Shown here: one piece after another, positions 16,911 to 26,402 of the stretch | Position numbering within the stretch: position 1 is the stretch's first letter | How the letters are laid out: each line of letters begins with the position of its first letter | NCBI GenBank assembly: GCA_041674185.1 | Contig: JBAYWE010000003.1 | Span: 896-64,895, forward strand | Length of the DNA stretch: 64,000 nt | Source: Minisyncoccota bacterium | GTDB lineage: Bacteria > Patescibacteriota > Minisyncoccia > UBA6257 > JAGOQP01 | Direction: 5' to 3' | Notes under the pieces: generated by a model | Seen by the model: only the letters and a program-made list of their open reading frames with translations | The model's database searches: none | Told to the model about the DNA's origin: nothing | Translations under genes and position numbers: made by a program

Positions 16911-19103
16911 TTATACCATCTTCAAAGAAAGCACCTTTGATCCCCCTCCCTCATCCATGGTGACTCCATATAATACATCTGCCGCTTCCATAGTTACTCG
17001 ATTATGAGTCACAATGACGAATTGTGTGTGCGTCGCAAAAGTTTTCACTAATTCAGAAAATCGACGTGAATTCTTCTCGTCAAGAGCGCTGTCCACCTCA
17101 TCAAGAACCAAAAATGGCGGAGGACTCACTGAAATTAAAGCGAAAAGTACCGCGAGCGAAATAAGACTCTTCTCTCCCCCCGAGAGCATCTCCAGACTAG
17201 TAATCTTTTTCTGTGGAATAGAAATTTCTATATCAATACCCAGCGCCTCATCCTGTGATTCCTTCTCTTCTTCGTTCGGTATGACAACCGAATCTTCAGT
17301 TTCTCCATCTAAAGATGCAGCGGTCGGATGTTCCTTTTTGATAACCTTCATTTTTCCAAATCCTCCTCCAAACATTAATCTGAAAAATGTATTGAATTCT
17401 TCATTTACTTTCTTAAATGATTCTTGAAACTGTGTCGTGATTTTTTCATTCAACTCAATAATAAGTTTAAATAAATCAGCTGAGGCGTTTTCTAAATCCT
17501 GTGATTCTTTTGTGAGATGCTCATAATGTGTTTCAACTTCTTGTGCTTCAGTAATAAGCCCTTCGTCTATCTCTCCAATACTTGCAATTTCTCCTCGTAA
17601 ACGCATACTTTCCCGCTCTTTCTCAGTGAGTTCACGTTCATCTCGTATAGGTTCAAATCCTGATATGTGCGCACACGCAACGAAGGATTCATATGAACCA
17701 CCAATTGAGTTAATATAATTTCGCAACTCTTCTTGTTTATATTTATTTTTTTCCTGTTCAAATCGAATGTGTTCTATATTCCCCTGCATGTCTCGCATAT
17801 GCATCCGAATCGTTTCAAGGTGAGCAAACGCATTCTTAAATCGTTTATTAAATGATTCAAAACCTTGTGAAACTTCTTGTTCCTGAATATCAATCGCATG
17901 AATTTCCTCCTCTATAGTATGAATAGAGTTAATAAGATTTTCTTTTTCTTTTATTTTAACCTCCCGTTCTTTAACCTCTTCCTGAGAAATCTCCTTTTCT
18001 CTAGGAGAATAAAATATTTCTATGGACTCTAGAGCTGATTGTAGCATCGAAATTACCTGAGATATATCTCCTATTTTTAAAGCACCCAACAAAATCTGAC
18101 GTACTTTCTGTATAACATCTTTTGCATCATCAAGAGACGCGCCTCCTTGTTTTTCTTGAGCATGTACTCGTTCCAACTCTGCCTCTAAACGATACATCCT
18201 TCTTTCTATATCTGATTTTTTATCAAATAAAATGCGTTTTTTCTCTTGTACTTCTCGCATACGATCCGTGCTGAGAGATGTTTTTTCTAACTCTTCAAGT
18301 GCTTTTTGCCCCTCTGCTTCTTGTTGTTTTAATTCTGTGAGTTTTTCCTCATATCCAGAAATTGGTTTGGTAATATGATTCGCTTCATGAGTGAGTGTAT
18401 AAATTTTACTTGCAAATAAAAGTTGCTCCACATCTTTCAATTTTTGTTCTATTTCAAATCGACGCTCCCATCGTGAGGTCTGCCTTTTCAACATGCGAAG
18501 CCGAGGACCCACTTCTTGAATCATCGCCTGAATCTTTTCTAAATTAATTTTGGTATTTTTTAATTTACGTTGAGCCTCTGTCTTCTTTAACTGATATTCC
18601 CGCAATCCTAAAATTTCTTGCACCATCATCATGCGCTCTTGAGGGGTCGCTTTTACAAAAATATCTCCTGCTCCTTGTCCAATAATCGTTAATCCCTTTG
18701 TCCCTAATTTTATTTTAGAGAAAAAATCTATAATATCTTTTAGGCGTACCTCAGCATCATTAATAAAATATTCTGATACTCCTGCTCTACTCACTTTTCT
18801 CGTAATAACTACTTCCTTAAAGTCTATGGGTAATTTTCCCAGTACATTATCAAAAACCAAACTTACCTGCGCTTGAGACATGCGCGGTTTTTTTGCAGTT
18901 CCTGCAAAAATAAGATCTTCAATTTTAGCTCCTCGTAAATTCTTTGCTTCACGCTCCCCCAATAACCACCGCATCGCATCAATAACATTTGATTTTCCTG
19001 ATCCATTGGGACCCACCACACCCACAATTCCCGCAGAGAATTCAAACGTGGTCTTTGTAGCAAATGATTTAAATCCGTTAATTTCTAATCGTTTAAGAAA
19101 CAT
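16911..19103 (-). CDS. smc: chromosome segregation protein SMC, unusually short (730 aa)
   Basis: Walker A GPNGSGKSN at the N-terminus, the ABC signature LSGGEKSL and Walker B FLVLDEVDSALD at the C-terminus, and a long coiled-coil middle. It is immediately downstream of rnc, the conserved rnc-smc synteny. Confidence 0.75.
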   Translation of the reverse strand: MFLKRLEINGFKSFATKTTFEFSAGIVGVVGPNGSGKSNVIDAMRWLLGEREAKNLRGAKIEDLIFAGTAKKPRMSQAQVSLVFDNVLGKLPIDFKEVVITRKVSRAGVSEYFINDAEVRLKDIIDFFSKIKLGTKGLTIIGQGAGDIFVKATPQERMMMVQEILGLREYQLKKTEAQRKLKNTKINLEKIQAMIQEVGPRLRMLKRQTSRWERRFEIEQKLKDVEQLLFASKIYTLTHEANHITKPISGYEEKLTELKQQEAEGQKALEELEKTSLSTDRMREVQEKKRILFDKKSDIERRMYRLEAELERVHAQEKQGGASLDDAKDVIQKVRQILLGALKIGDISQVISMLQSALESIEIFYSPREKEISQEEVKEREVKIKEKENLINSIHTIEEEIHAIDIQEQEVSQGFESFNKRFKNAFAHLETIRMHMRDMQGNIEHIRFEQEKNKYKQEELRNYINSIGGSYESFVACAHISGFEPIRDERELTEKERESMRLRGEIASIGEIDEGLITEAQEVETHYEHLTKESQDLENASADLFKLIIELNEKITTQFQESFKKVNEEFNTFFRLMFGGGFGKMKVIKKEHPTAASLDGETEDSVVIPNEEEKESQDEALGIDIEISIPQKKITSLEMLSGGEKSLISLAVLFALISVSPPPFLVLDEVDSALDEKNSRRFSELVKTFATHTQFVIVTHNRVTMEAADVLYGVTMDEGGGSKVLSLKMV

Positions 19104-19192
19104 CCCAGTAACTTTACTTTATTTGGTAAAAATATCAACTTCTTTTGAAGCGATACAATCGTCTTAATAAAAATCTATAATTTCATACTATC

Positions 19193-19888
19193 TTATTTTT
19201 CACTCAGACCCTCAAGCGCAGTCTTTGCCGCCTCAACTTCCGCTTCCTGCTTTGAATACCCGCGTCCTTCTGCAATTTTTTTATCTTTAAAAAAGACTCC
19301 TACCAAGAATTCCTTTCTGTGGTCGGGACCTGATTCATCTAATACTTGATACACAGGTGTTGTTTTAAATTTTTCTTGAGCGCGTTCTTGTAATAAACTT
19401 TTTGCATCTTTAAATAATTGTTTATCAATTATCTCCTGTGTATGCACAAACACATAGGTATCAATAAAATCAGCAACAACGGCATATCCCCCATCAAGAT
19501 ATATTGCTCCCAAAAGAGCTTCAAACGCATTCGCTAAAATCACTTCACGCGCACGACCCGTATCTTTTTCTTCCCCTTTGGAAAGAAGAATAAAATCTCC
19601 AAGAGAAATATCGCGAGCTACCTGAGCAAGCGATATATAATTCACTAATGCCGCGCGAACACTGGTTAAATGTCCCTCATCATCATCGGGATATTTTTTA
19701 AATAATCGTTCAGTGATAACTAATTCCAAAACAGCGTCTCCTAGGAACTCAAGTCTCTCATTATGAGAAAATGGCCAATCTTGATTCTCATTTAAGTATG
19801 AACGATGTGTACACGCTTCTTTGAGAAGATCTGTGTGTGAAAAAGAAATGCCAATTTTTTTCTGAAATACATCAAAGTCTCGAGACAT
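19193..19888 (-). CDS. rnc: ribonuclease III
   Basis: RNase III signature ERLEFLGDAVLELVITERLF plus a C-terminal dsRBD. Confidence 0.9.
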   Translation of the reverse strand: MSRDFDVFQKKIGISFSHTDLLKEACTHRSYLNENQDWPFSHNERLEFLGDAVLELVITERLFKKYPDDDEGHLTSVRAALVNYISLAQVARDISLGDFILLSKGEEKDTGRAREVILANAFEALLGAIYLDGGYAVVADFIDTYVFVHTQEIIDKQLFKDAKSLLQERAQEKFKTTPVYQVLDESGPDHRKEFLVGVFFKDKKIAEGRGYSKQEAEVEAAKTALEGLSEK

Positions 19889-19922
19889 ACACGATGAATA
19901 GATGGTTAATAGTCGTTAGTGA

Positions 19923-20444
19923 TTACAATGTTGCTGTGGGTTGAATTTCTGTCGCTGAGTCTGATTCTGATTCTTTCTGTACCTGTTCAATCTGTTTAAA
20001 AACAGTCCCCAACACTCCATTAATAAATTTACCCGAATTGATCCCTCCGTAATTTTTTGCAAGTTCAATAGCTTCATTAATAGCCACCTTAAACGGCACC
20101 TCATCATGGTTGGCATACATAAGTTCATATATACCAATACGCAAAACATTTCTATCAATCAAAGTTATTTGATCAAAAGGCCATTCCACTGCAGACGTCG
20201 TAATAATAGTGTCTATTTGAGATAAATTTTCTGTAATACCTTTAATAATTTTCCACACAAATTCTGGCTCATCAATACCGGGACCAAATTCATCTAAATT
20301 TCGTTGCGTAACTTGAACTAAATCCCCCTCCTTTCCAGAAAAATCCCATTCGTATAATGACTGGAGAATAATTGATCGAGCAAGATGACGTGTAGCCATA
20401 AATGTATAGGTAAAATTTTCAAGTATCAATTTCCAATTTTGCAA
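19923..20444 (-). CDS. nusB: transcription antitermination factor NusB
   Basis: NusB helical-fold sequence ([14 protein letters not shown]...). The true start may be the internal Met at about 20399 (MATRH...). Confidence 0.75.
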   Translation of the reverse strand: MQNWKLILENFTYTFMATRHLARSIILQSLYEWDFSGKEGDLVQVTQRNLDEFGPGIDEPEFVWKIIKGITENLSQIDTIITTSAVEWPFDQITLIDRNVLRIGIYELMYANHDEVPFKVAINEAIELAKNYGGINSGKFINGVLGTVFKQIEQVQKESESDSATEIQPTATL

Positions 20445-20503
20445 TCAATGTCCAACTACCCAATAGATCACTTTTAAAAATAAATACTTAGAAAAAATAA
20501 TTA

Positions 20504-20689
20504 TTATTTTTTCTTTACTGCAATTTTTCGTCCTCGATAAAACCCACATGCTGAACACGCACGGTGTGACATAACAGGATGCTTACACTCAGGACATGGT
20601 GCAATGTGTTGTTTTGGCGTTAATGCTTCGTGTGATCGGCGACGTCCCACTTTAGAACTCGTATGATGTCGCATTGGTACTCCTCCCAT
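20504..20689 (-). CDS. rpmF: 50S ribosomal protein L32
   Basis: 61 aa, MGGVPMRHHTSSKVGRRRSH... with a CPECKHP...CSACG zinc ribbon, typical of L32. Confidence 0.85.
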   Translation of the reverse strand: MGGVPMRHHTSSKVGRRRSHEALTPKQHIAPCPECKHPVMSHRACSACGFYRGRKIAVKKK

Positions 20690-20772
20690 AGTAGATAAAT
20701 ATTAAGTATTTAGTATTAAGTATTTAGTATTAAGCATAAGAAAACCTAATACCAAAAACGAGAAAAGAAAAC

Positions 20773-21450
20773 TTATTTCCTTTTCTGTATTCTATGCAAA
20801 GACCGTAGGAAAGTCAAACGATGAATAGGACTCAATCCATGTTGGTAGAGTGCGTGATAGTGTTTTTTTGTTCCATACCCTTTATGCACATCAAACGCAT
20901 AGTGAGGATACTCCACATGCATACGTTTCATATACGCATCCCTTTTTACTTTCGCTACAATAGAGGCTAATGATACCGCTGGTATGAGCTCATCGGCTTT
21001 CGGATAGTGTTGAAAAACAATGTTTTTTTGTACAGAAATAGTTATTCCCCCATCCGCGATTACTCTTGCACCTCCCTGTTTAATTTGTTTTCTATTATTT
21101 GTTTTTAATTTTTGGTTTTTAGTTGTTAGTTTATTATATGCTTTCTGTGCAGCACAATCACAGGCACGTGCAATGTTTATAGTATCTATCTGTTTTGGCG
21201 TTGCGGTTGCATATGCATACAAAATTTTATTCTTCTGTATCCATGAAAACCATTCTTCTCGCTGTTTCTCTGAAAGTTTCTTTGAATCTGCTAATTTCTT
21301 CGGTGTATTTGTTTTTTTGAATACTGACTTATAGTTTTTTGGCAGCGCAACCACACCTACATACACACTTCCTGCAAGTGGTCCCCGCCCAGCCTCATCA
21401 ATACCGATTATATATTCAGATTTCTTGTTCACCTGTATATCATGCCACAC
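20773..21450 (-). CDS. rnhB: ribonuclease HII
   Basis: IIGIDEAGRGPLAGSVYVGVV catalytic motif of RNase HII. Confidence 0.85.
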   Translation of the reverse strand: MWHDIQVNKKSEYIIGIDEAGRGPLAGSVYVGVVALPKNYKSVFKKTNTPKKLADSKKLSEKQREEWFSWIQKNKILYAYATATPKQIDTINIARACDCAAQKAYNKLTTKNQKLKTNNRKQIKQGGARVIADGGITISVQKNIVFQHYPKADELIPAVSLASIVAKVKRDAYMKRMHVEYPHYAFDVHKGYGTKKHYHALYQHGLSPIHRLTFLRSLHRIQKRK

Positions 21451-21504
21451 TTATTTATAAAAATAAAAATGACGCCCCCTAAAAATCGGGCGTCACAAAA
21501 AAAT

Positions 21505-21945
21505 TCAGAACATAGTTATCGGAGAATGAGCTTCTAGAATAGAAGTAAACCAAAAAGATTCAATAACGGTAGTAGATATACAAAGATGAATCTTTCTATC
21601 CACAGAGACAAAAACAATATTAAATGATTCTAATTCTTCTTCATTTCTTTCCGGCTGAAGTAGTATCTGCTTCTCTTTATAATATTTTATAACTGCCTCC
21701 GACACTTCTTCGTTCTCACAAGAAGAAATTTTATCGGCATTTTTAAAAACAATGTCACGAAGTGAAATTCCAAGTATTTCATTTCCTTCTTTTAAGTTTT
21801 TTTGTCTACCTAATTTAGCATAAAAATTGGCAGCTCTCGTATTTTTCTCCTCGTCCTCTTCGGAGATTTTATTCACAATTTCCAGCCCTAATTCTTGAGC
21901 AATAAAATCTTCAAGAGAAAGACTTATTCCTTCTTTTCCGTTCAC
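21505..21945 (-). CDS. hypothetical acidic protein
   Basis: A 146-aa ORF in a compact gene array. I recognise no motifs. Confidence 0.35.
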   Translation of the reverse strand: MNGKEGISLSLEDFIAQELGLEIVNKISEEDEEKNTRAANFYAKLGRQKNLKEGNEILGISLRDIVFKNADKISSCENEEVSEAVIKYYKEKQILLQPERNEEELESFNIVFVSVDRKIHLCISTTVIESFWFTSILEAHSPITMF

Positions 21946-22103
21946 GGTTTCCTCCGTTTTCTCGTTATTTTTTTGGTTGATTTATATAAAATATACTGAT
22001 CAAACAGTACAACTATATATACATGCTGTCAATATTTTGCATCTCACATCCTGATGAGTATAATACAAGCAATCTTTCAAGTAACTAAATTCCATAATCC
22101 GAC

Positions 22104-25100
22104 ATGCCAAATAAATTTGTCCATCTTCATACTCATTCTCACTATTCACTCCTTGACGGATTAGCAAAAATTGAAGACTTAGTGGCTCGCGTAAAAGAAT
22201 TGGGTATGGATACTATCGCACTCACTGATCATGGAAATTTATACGGCGCGATAGAATTTTATCAAAAGGCAAAAAAAGCAGGTATTAAACCCATTTTGGG
22301 TGTTGAAGCCTATATTGCTCCTCGCAGTAGGCACGATAGAGCAAATGGCGGTACTGAAAAGTATTATCATATTACCCTCCTTGCTAAAAATAACGTAGGG
22401 TGGAAAAATATTTTACAACTCGTCACGCTCGCTAACTTAGAAGGGTTTTATTATAAACCTCGTATTGATAAGGAGCTCCTCACTCAGTATCACGAAGGAC
22501 TTATTGTACTTTCGGGATGTATGAGTGGAGAAATTTCTCGACTCCTTTCGCATAATAAAAAAGAAGAAGCTCGATCAACGGCTCAATTTTATAAAAAATT
22601 ATTTGGAGATGATTTTTATATTGAAATCTGGGATCAAGAAAATATTCCCGATTTACAAAAAATACGCCCTCTCCTGATACGTCTTGCACAGGAAGAAAAA
22701 ATTCCTCTTGTTGCTACACAAGATATTCACTATCTACGAAAAGAAGATTCGTTTTATCACGATATTCTTCTGGCAGTACAAACAGGAAACAAAGTAACTG
22801 ATGATGATCGATTGACTTTGCGTGCAGGTGATTTTTCTATGCGTTCTCCCGAAGAAATGACCACTCTTTTTTTAGAACATCCTGAAGCTATTACGAATAC
22901 CGTTGTTATTGCAGATAAATGCGATGTACAAATAGAGCTCGGGAAAACATTTCTCCCTAAATTTTCAGTACCAAATGGAAAAACTCCCACCGCATATATG
23001 CGTGAATTGATAGATGCGCGTATTGTACACCGTTACCCCATCCTCACTCCTGAAATTACTCAACGCTTAGAATATGAACTCGGTGTTATTCAAAATATGG
23101 GATTTGAAGATTATTTCTTAATCGTACAAGATTTTATTAACTGGGCAAAAGATAGAAAAATTGTTGTAGGTCCTGGGAGAGGCAGTGCGGCAGGAAGTAT
23201 TGTTTCATATATTTTACGCATCACAGACGTCGACCCTATTCAATACGATCTTCTCTTTGAACGTTTCCTTAATCCTGAGCGTATTCAAATGCCTGATATC
23301 GACATCGATTTCACCGATGTACGTCGTGACGAAGTGATGGGATATCTAGAAGAAAAATATGGCAAAAACAGCGTTGCCCACATTATCACCTTTGGAACCA
23401 TGGCGGCACGTGCAGCGGTGCGCGATGTAGGACGTGCGCTAGGACTTTCGTATGGATTTTGTGATCAAGTTGCAAAATTAATTCCTTTTACAACCGAACA
23501 GACTCGCAAACCATTGCGCATAGTTGTCGACGAAACTCCTGATCTGAAAAAATTATACGATTCAAATTCAGACGCACGAAAACTTATCGATGCGGCATCA
23601 CGACTTGAGGGAGTTGCGCGTCATGCCTCAGTACACGCCTGTGGTACCGTTATTTCGGAAAAACCACTCACGGAATATATTGCACTCCAACACGCTCCTC
23701 AAGATGATAACGTTATCATTACTCAATTTGAAGGACACACTATTGAAGCACTGGGTTTATTAAAAATGGATTTACTGGGGCTCAAAAACCTCACCATTAT
23801 TGAAGAAACATTACGTTTAGTGAAAATGATTCACGATGTCGATATAGATATCTCCAAAATTCCCCTTGACGACACCGATACATTCAAAACCTTACAAAAG
23901 GGAGATACCACAGGGGTATTTCAATTAGAATCAAGTGGCATGCGTCGCTATCTCAAAGAATTAAAACCAACGGAATTAGAAGATATTATTGCTATGGTTG
24001 CGCTCTATCGTCCGGGTCCTATGGAACTGATCCCCCAATATATTGCGCGTAAACATGGAAAAGAAGAGGTTACCTATCTGCATCCTAAATTAGAGCCTGT
24101 ACTCAAAACAACGCACGGTATTGGTATTTATCAAGAACAAATGATGCGTATTGCCCGTGACTTAGCTGGATTTTCTCTCGCACAAGCAGACACCCTTCGG
24201 AAAGCTATTGGTAAAAAAATTAAAGAGCTTCTCGCAAAACAAGAAGAGCTCCTTATAGAAGGTATGATTCGAAATGGTATCGATAAACGAACCGCTCGAA
24301 AAATCTGGGATCTTTTTCCTCCCTTTGCACGCTATGGATTTAATCGTAGTCATGCCGCATGTTATGCGTTCATCGCCTATCGCACCGCGTGGCTCAAAAC
24401 AAAATATCCGATTGAATTAATGACCGCTTTGTTTAATGCAGATCGAGGTGATATTGATCGAATTTCATTTTTAATTTCTGAAGCACGACGTGCAGGAGTC
24501 GGCATACTTCCCCCAGACATCAATCAAAGTTATGCCTTATTTATGCCAGAAGGACACGCAATTCGTTTTGGACTCACGGCTATTAAAAATGTGGGAGAAG
24601 CAATTGTGGCAGAAATTGCACAAGAACGGCAACGAGGGGGCCCGTTTAAAAATTTTTCAGATGTACTTACGCGTGTACTTCACAAAGATTTAAATAAGAA
24701 GTCACTTGAAAGTATGATTAAAGGAGGAGTTTTTGATTCTTTAGAAACAGAACGACAAAACCTTCTTGATAATCTTGATGCTATTTTACAGTTTGCTCAA
24801 GAAGCACGAAAACACACCGCGTGTAAACAAAATAGTTTATTTGGATCATCGTCTGCTCCCGCAGGTATTTATATTCAATTAAAGCCAAGTAGTCCTGCTC
24901 GAACCGAAGACATATTGTTTTGGGAAAAGGAACTTTTGGGGTTTTATCTTTCAGATCATCCGATGCGTTCCTATGAAAAAACACTCAAAGAAAAAAATGT
25001 ACTTCCGATAAAAACTACTCTTGCTGATACGACCCTTGCCGCAAAAGGAACCACTATACGCGTTGCGGGTGTGGTTACGCTGGTAAAAAAAATAATCACA

Positions 25101-25295
25101 AAAACGAAAAAACAGATTGCATTTGTGACCATAGAAGACATGAGTGACACGACTGAAATTATTGTATTTGAAGAAGTACTTCTCCGTCGCCCCGAAGCAT
25201 GGCAAGAAAAGAATATTCTCATTGTGCAAGGAAAACTTTCCACCAGAGATAATGAAACAAAAATAGTCTGTGATCAGGTACTAAAGCTGAATTAG
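22104..25295 (+). CDS. dnaE: DNA polymerase III alpha subunit
   Basis: N-terminal PHP domain HLHTHSHYSLLDG, the polymerase core (GPGRGSAAGS, PDIDIDF) and a C-terminal OB-like region. Confidence 0.9.
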   Translation: MPNKFVHLHTHSHYSLLDGLAKIEDLVARVKELGMDTIALTDHGNLYGAIEFYQKAKKAGIKPILGVEAYIAPRSRHDRANGGTEKYYHITLLAKNNVGWKNILQLVTLANLEGFYYKPRIDKELLTQYHEGLIVLSGCMSGEISRLLSHNKKEEARSTAQFYKKLFGDDFYIEIWDQENIPDLQKIRPLLIRLAQEEKIPLVATQDIHYLRKEDSFYHDILLAVQTGNKVTDDDRLTLRAGDFSMRSPEEMTTLFLEHPEAITNTVVIADKCDVQIELGKTFLPKFSVPNGKTPTAYMRELIDARIVHRYPILTPEITQRLEYELGVIQNMGFEDYFLIVQDFINWAKDRKIVVGPGRGSAAGSIVSYILRITDVDPIQYDLLFERFLNPERIQMPDIDIDFTDVRRDEVMGYLEEKYGKNSVAHIITFGTMAARAAVRDVGRALGLSYGFCDQVAKLIPFTTEQTRKPLRIVVDETPDLKKLYDSNSDARKLIDAASRLEGVARHASVHACGTVISEKPLTEYIALQHAPQDDNVIITQFEGHTIEALGLLKMDLLGLKNLTIIEETLRLVKMIHDVDIDISKIPLDDTDTFKTLQKGDTTGVFQLESSGMRRYLKELKPTELEDIIAMVALYRPGPMELIPQYIARKHGKEEVTYLHPKLEPVLKTTHGIGIYQEQMMRIARDLAGFSLAQADTLRKAIGKKIKELLAKQEELLIEGMIRNGIDKRTARKIWDLFPPFARYGFNRSHAACYAFIAYRTAWLKTKYPIELMTALFNADRGDIDRISFLISEARRAGVGILPPDINQSYALFMPEGHAIRFGLTAIKNVGEAIVAEIAQERQRGGPFKNFSDVLTRVLHKDLNKKSLESMIKGGVFDSLETERQNLLDNLDAILQFAQEARKHTACKQNSLFGSSSAPAGIYIQLKPSSPARTEDILFWEKELLGFYLSDHPMRSYEKTLKEKNVLPIKTTLADTTLAAKGTTIRVAGVVTLVKKIITKTKKQIAFVTIEDMSDTTEIIVFEEVLLRRPEAWQEKNILIVQGKLSTRDNETKIVCDQVLKLN

Positions 25296-25382
25296 GAATT
25301 AGTTACTAGTCGTTAGGGGTTAGAGACCATAAGTAGAAGTTAGCATATAGTCATATTTATATACACATTTTTGTATAAAATA

Positions 25383-25410
25383 GGACTCAAGCGTAATTAC
25401 GTTTGAGTCC
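25383..25410. terminator. hairpin terminator downstream of dnaE, shared with the convergent gene
   Basis: ggactcaa-gcgtaattacgt-ttgagtcc stem-loop followed by an A/T-rich run. Confidence 0.5.
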
Positions 25411-25443
25411 ATAAAACAAATCATAAGAGAAAAAATGAGAAAA

Positions 25444-26307
25444 TTATGAAATTACCTGACGAATACCACCAATTGGATAGTAGTCGTCCATACTACTGTT
25501 ACCCACGAATACCGAATGATTATCTGGATACCAACGCATACGTGGTACAAGACCATCAACGGTACGGGAGCCGGAACAAATTGTTAATCCTTTTTCATCG
25601 AGATGCTTCTTCGTCTCAATAAAATAAACGATTCCGTAAATCATCCTTTCCAGCAATGTTATGCCAATTAATTTGTTCGGATCTGCCTGTTTGGCTGATT
25701 GTCCATAAAACTCTTCATCGCTTTCTTGTCCATCGCGAACCCAGATTGCATACGAATCGTCTTTAGGGTTACGAATATTATCGTTTACTCTGTAGTCAAT
25801 GGAAGCACTATAATAACCATCTCTCTGCATTTTTGAATTATGTATTTTCATAACTCTCCTATAGACACTACATGCATCTTCTATCATTAATCCTTGAGCG
25901 ATAAACAACAATCGCCATTTGCCTCCATTTGGTTTCGAAGGGACACTAACATTAGTGAAATCGACATGCATATCAAAATGTTTTTTATAGATCCCCTGCC
26001 AATAAACTTTTGTTTCAACAAATTCACCCTGGTTTACTGCAAAAACAAAAACGAGAGCATTATAAATCTTTTTAGCAAATGCATCTTTGTTTTGTAACAA
26101 CTTATTTTTCTCATCTCTACTTAATGAGAAAAAATAATGTGAAATTATGGAACTTAGTATTGACATGATATAGCCAATGAAAATTCCAAATTGTTTAATT
26201 TCTGATTTTGTTACAGTTATGTTTGTAACAATCGCGGGGTTGGTTCCATGATCATTTTTCACGGTCTTTTCTCCTTTTTTGTTATGTAATGTACAACACA
26301 TAATCAC
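25444..26307 (-). CDS. hypothetical protein (orphan)
   Basis: 287 aa with one hydrophobic segment (IFIGYIMSILSSIISHYFF). I see no recognisable catalytic motifs. Confidence 0.45.
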   Translation of the reverse strand: MIMCCTLHNKKGEKTVKNDHGTNPAIVTNITVTKSEIKQFGIFIGYIMSILSSIISHYFFSLSRDEKNKLLQNKDAFAKKIYNALVFVFAVNQGEFVETKVYWQGIYKKHFDMHVDFTNVSVPSKPNGGKWRLLFIAQGLMIEDACSVYRRVMKIHNSKMQRDGYYSASIDYRVNDNIRNPKDDSYAIWVRDGQESDEEFYGQSAKQADPNKLIGITLLERMIYGIVYFIETKKHLDEKGLTICSGSRTVDGLVPRMRWYPDNHSVFVGNSSMDDYYPIGGIRQVIS

Positions 26308-26402
26308 CTTGACTATGCAATTATATTATAGCATATCGTAATTAAAAAGTCAATTCACTACAGTATACAAATAACCCGCTTTTCTGCTACACTATTTTCT
26401 AT

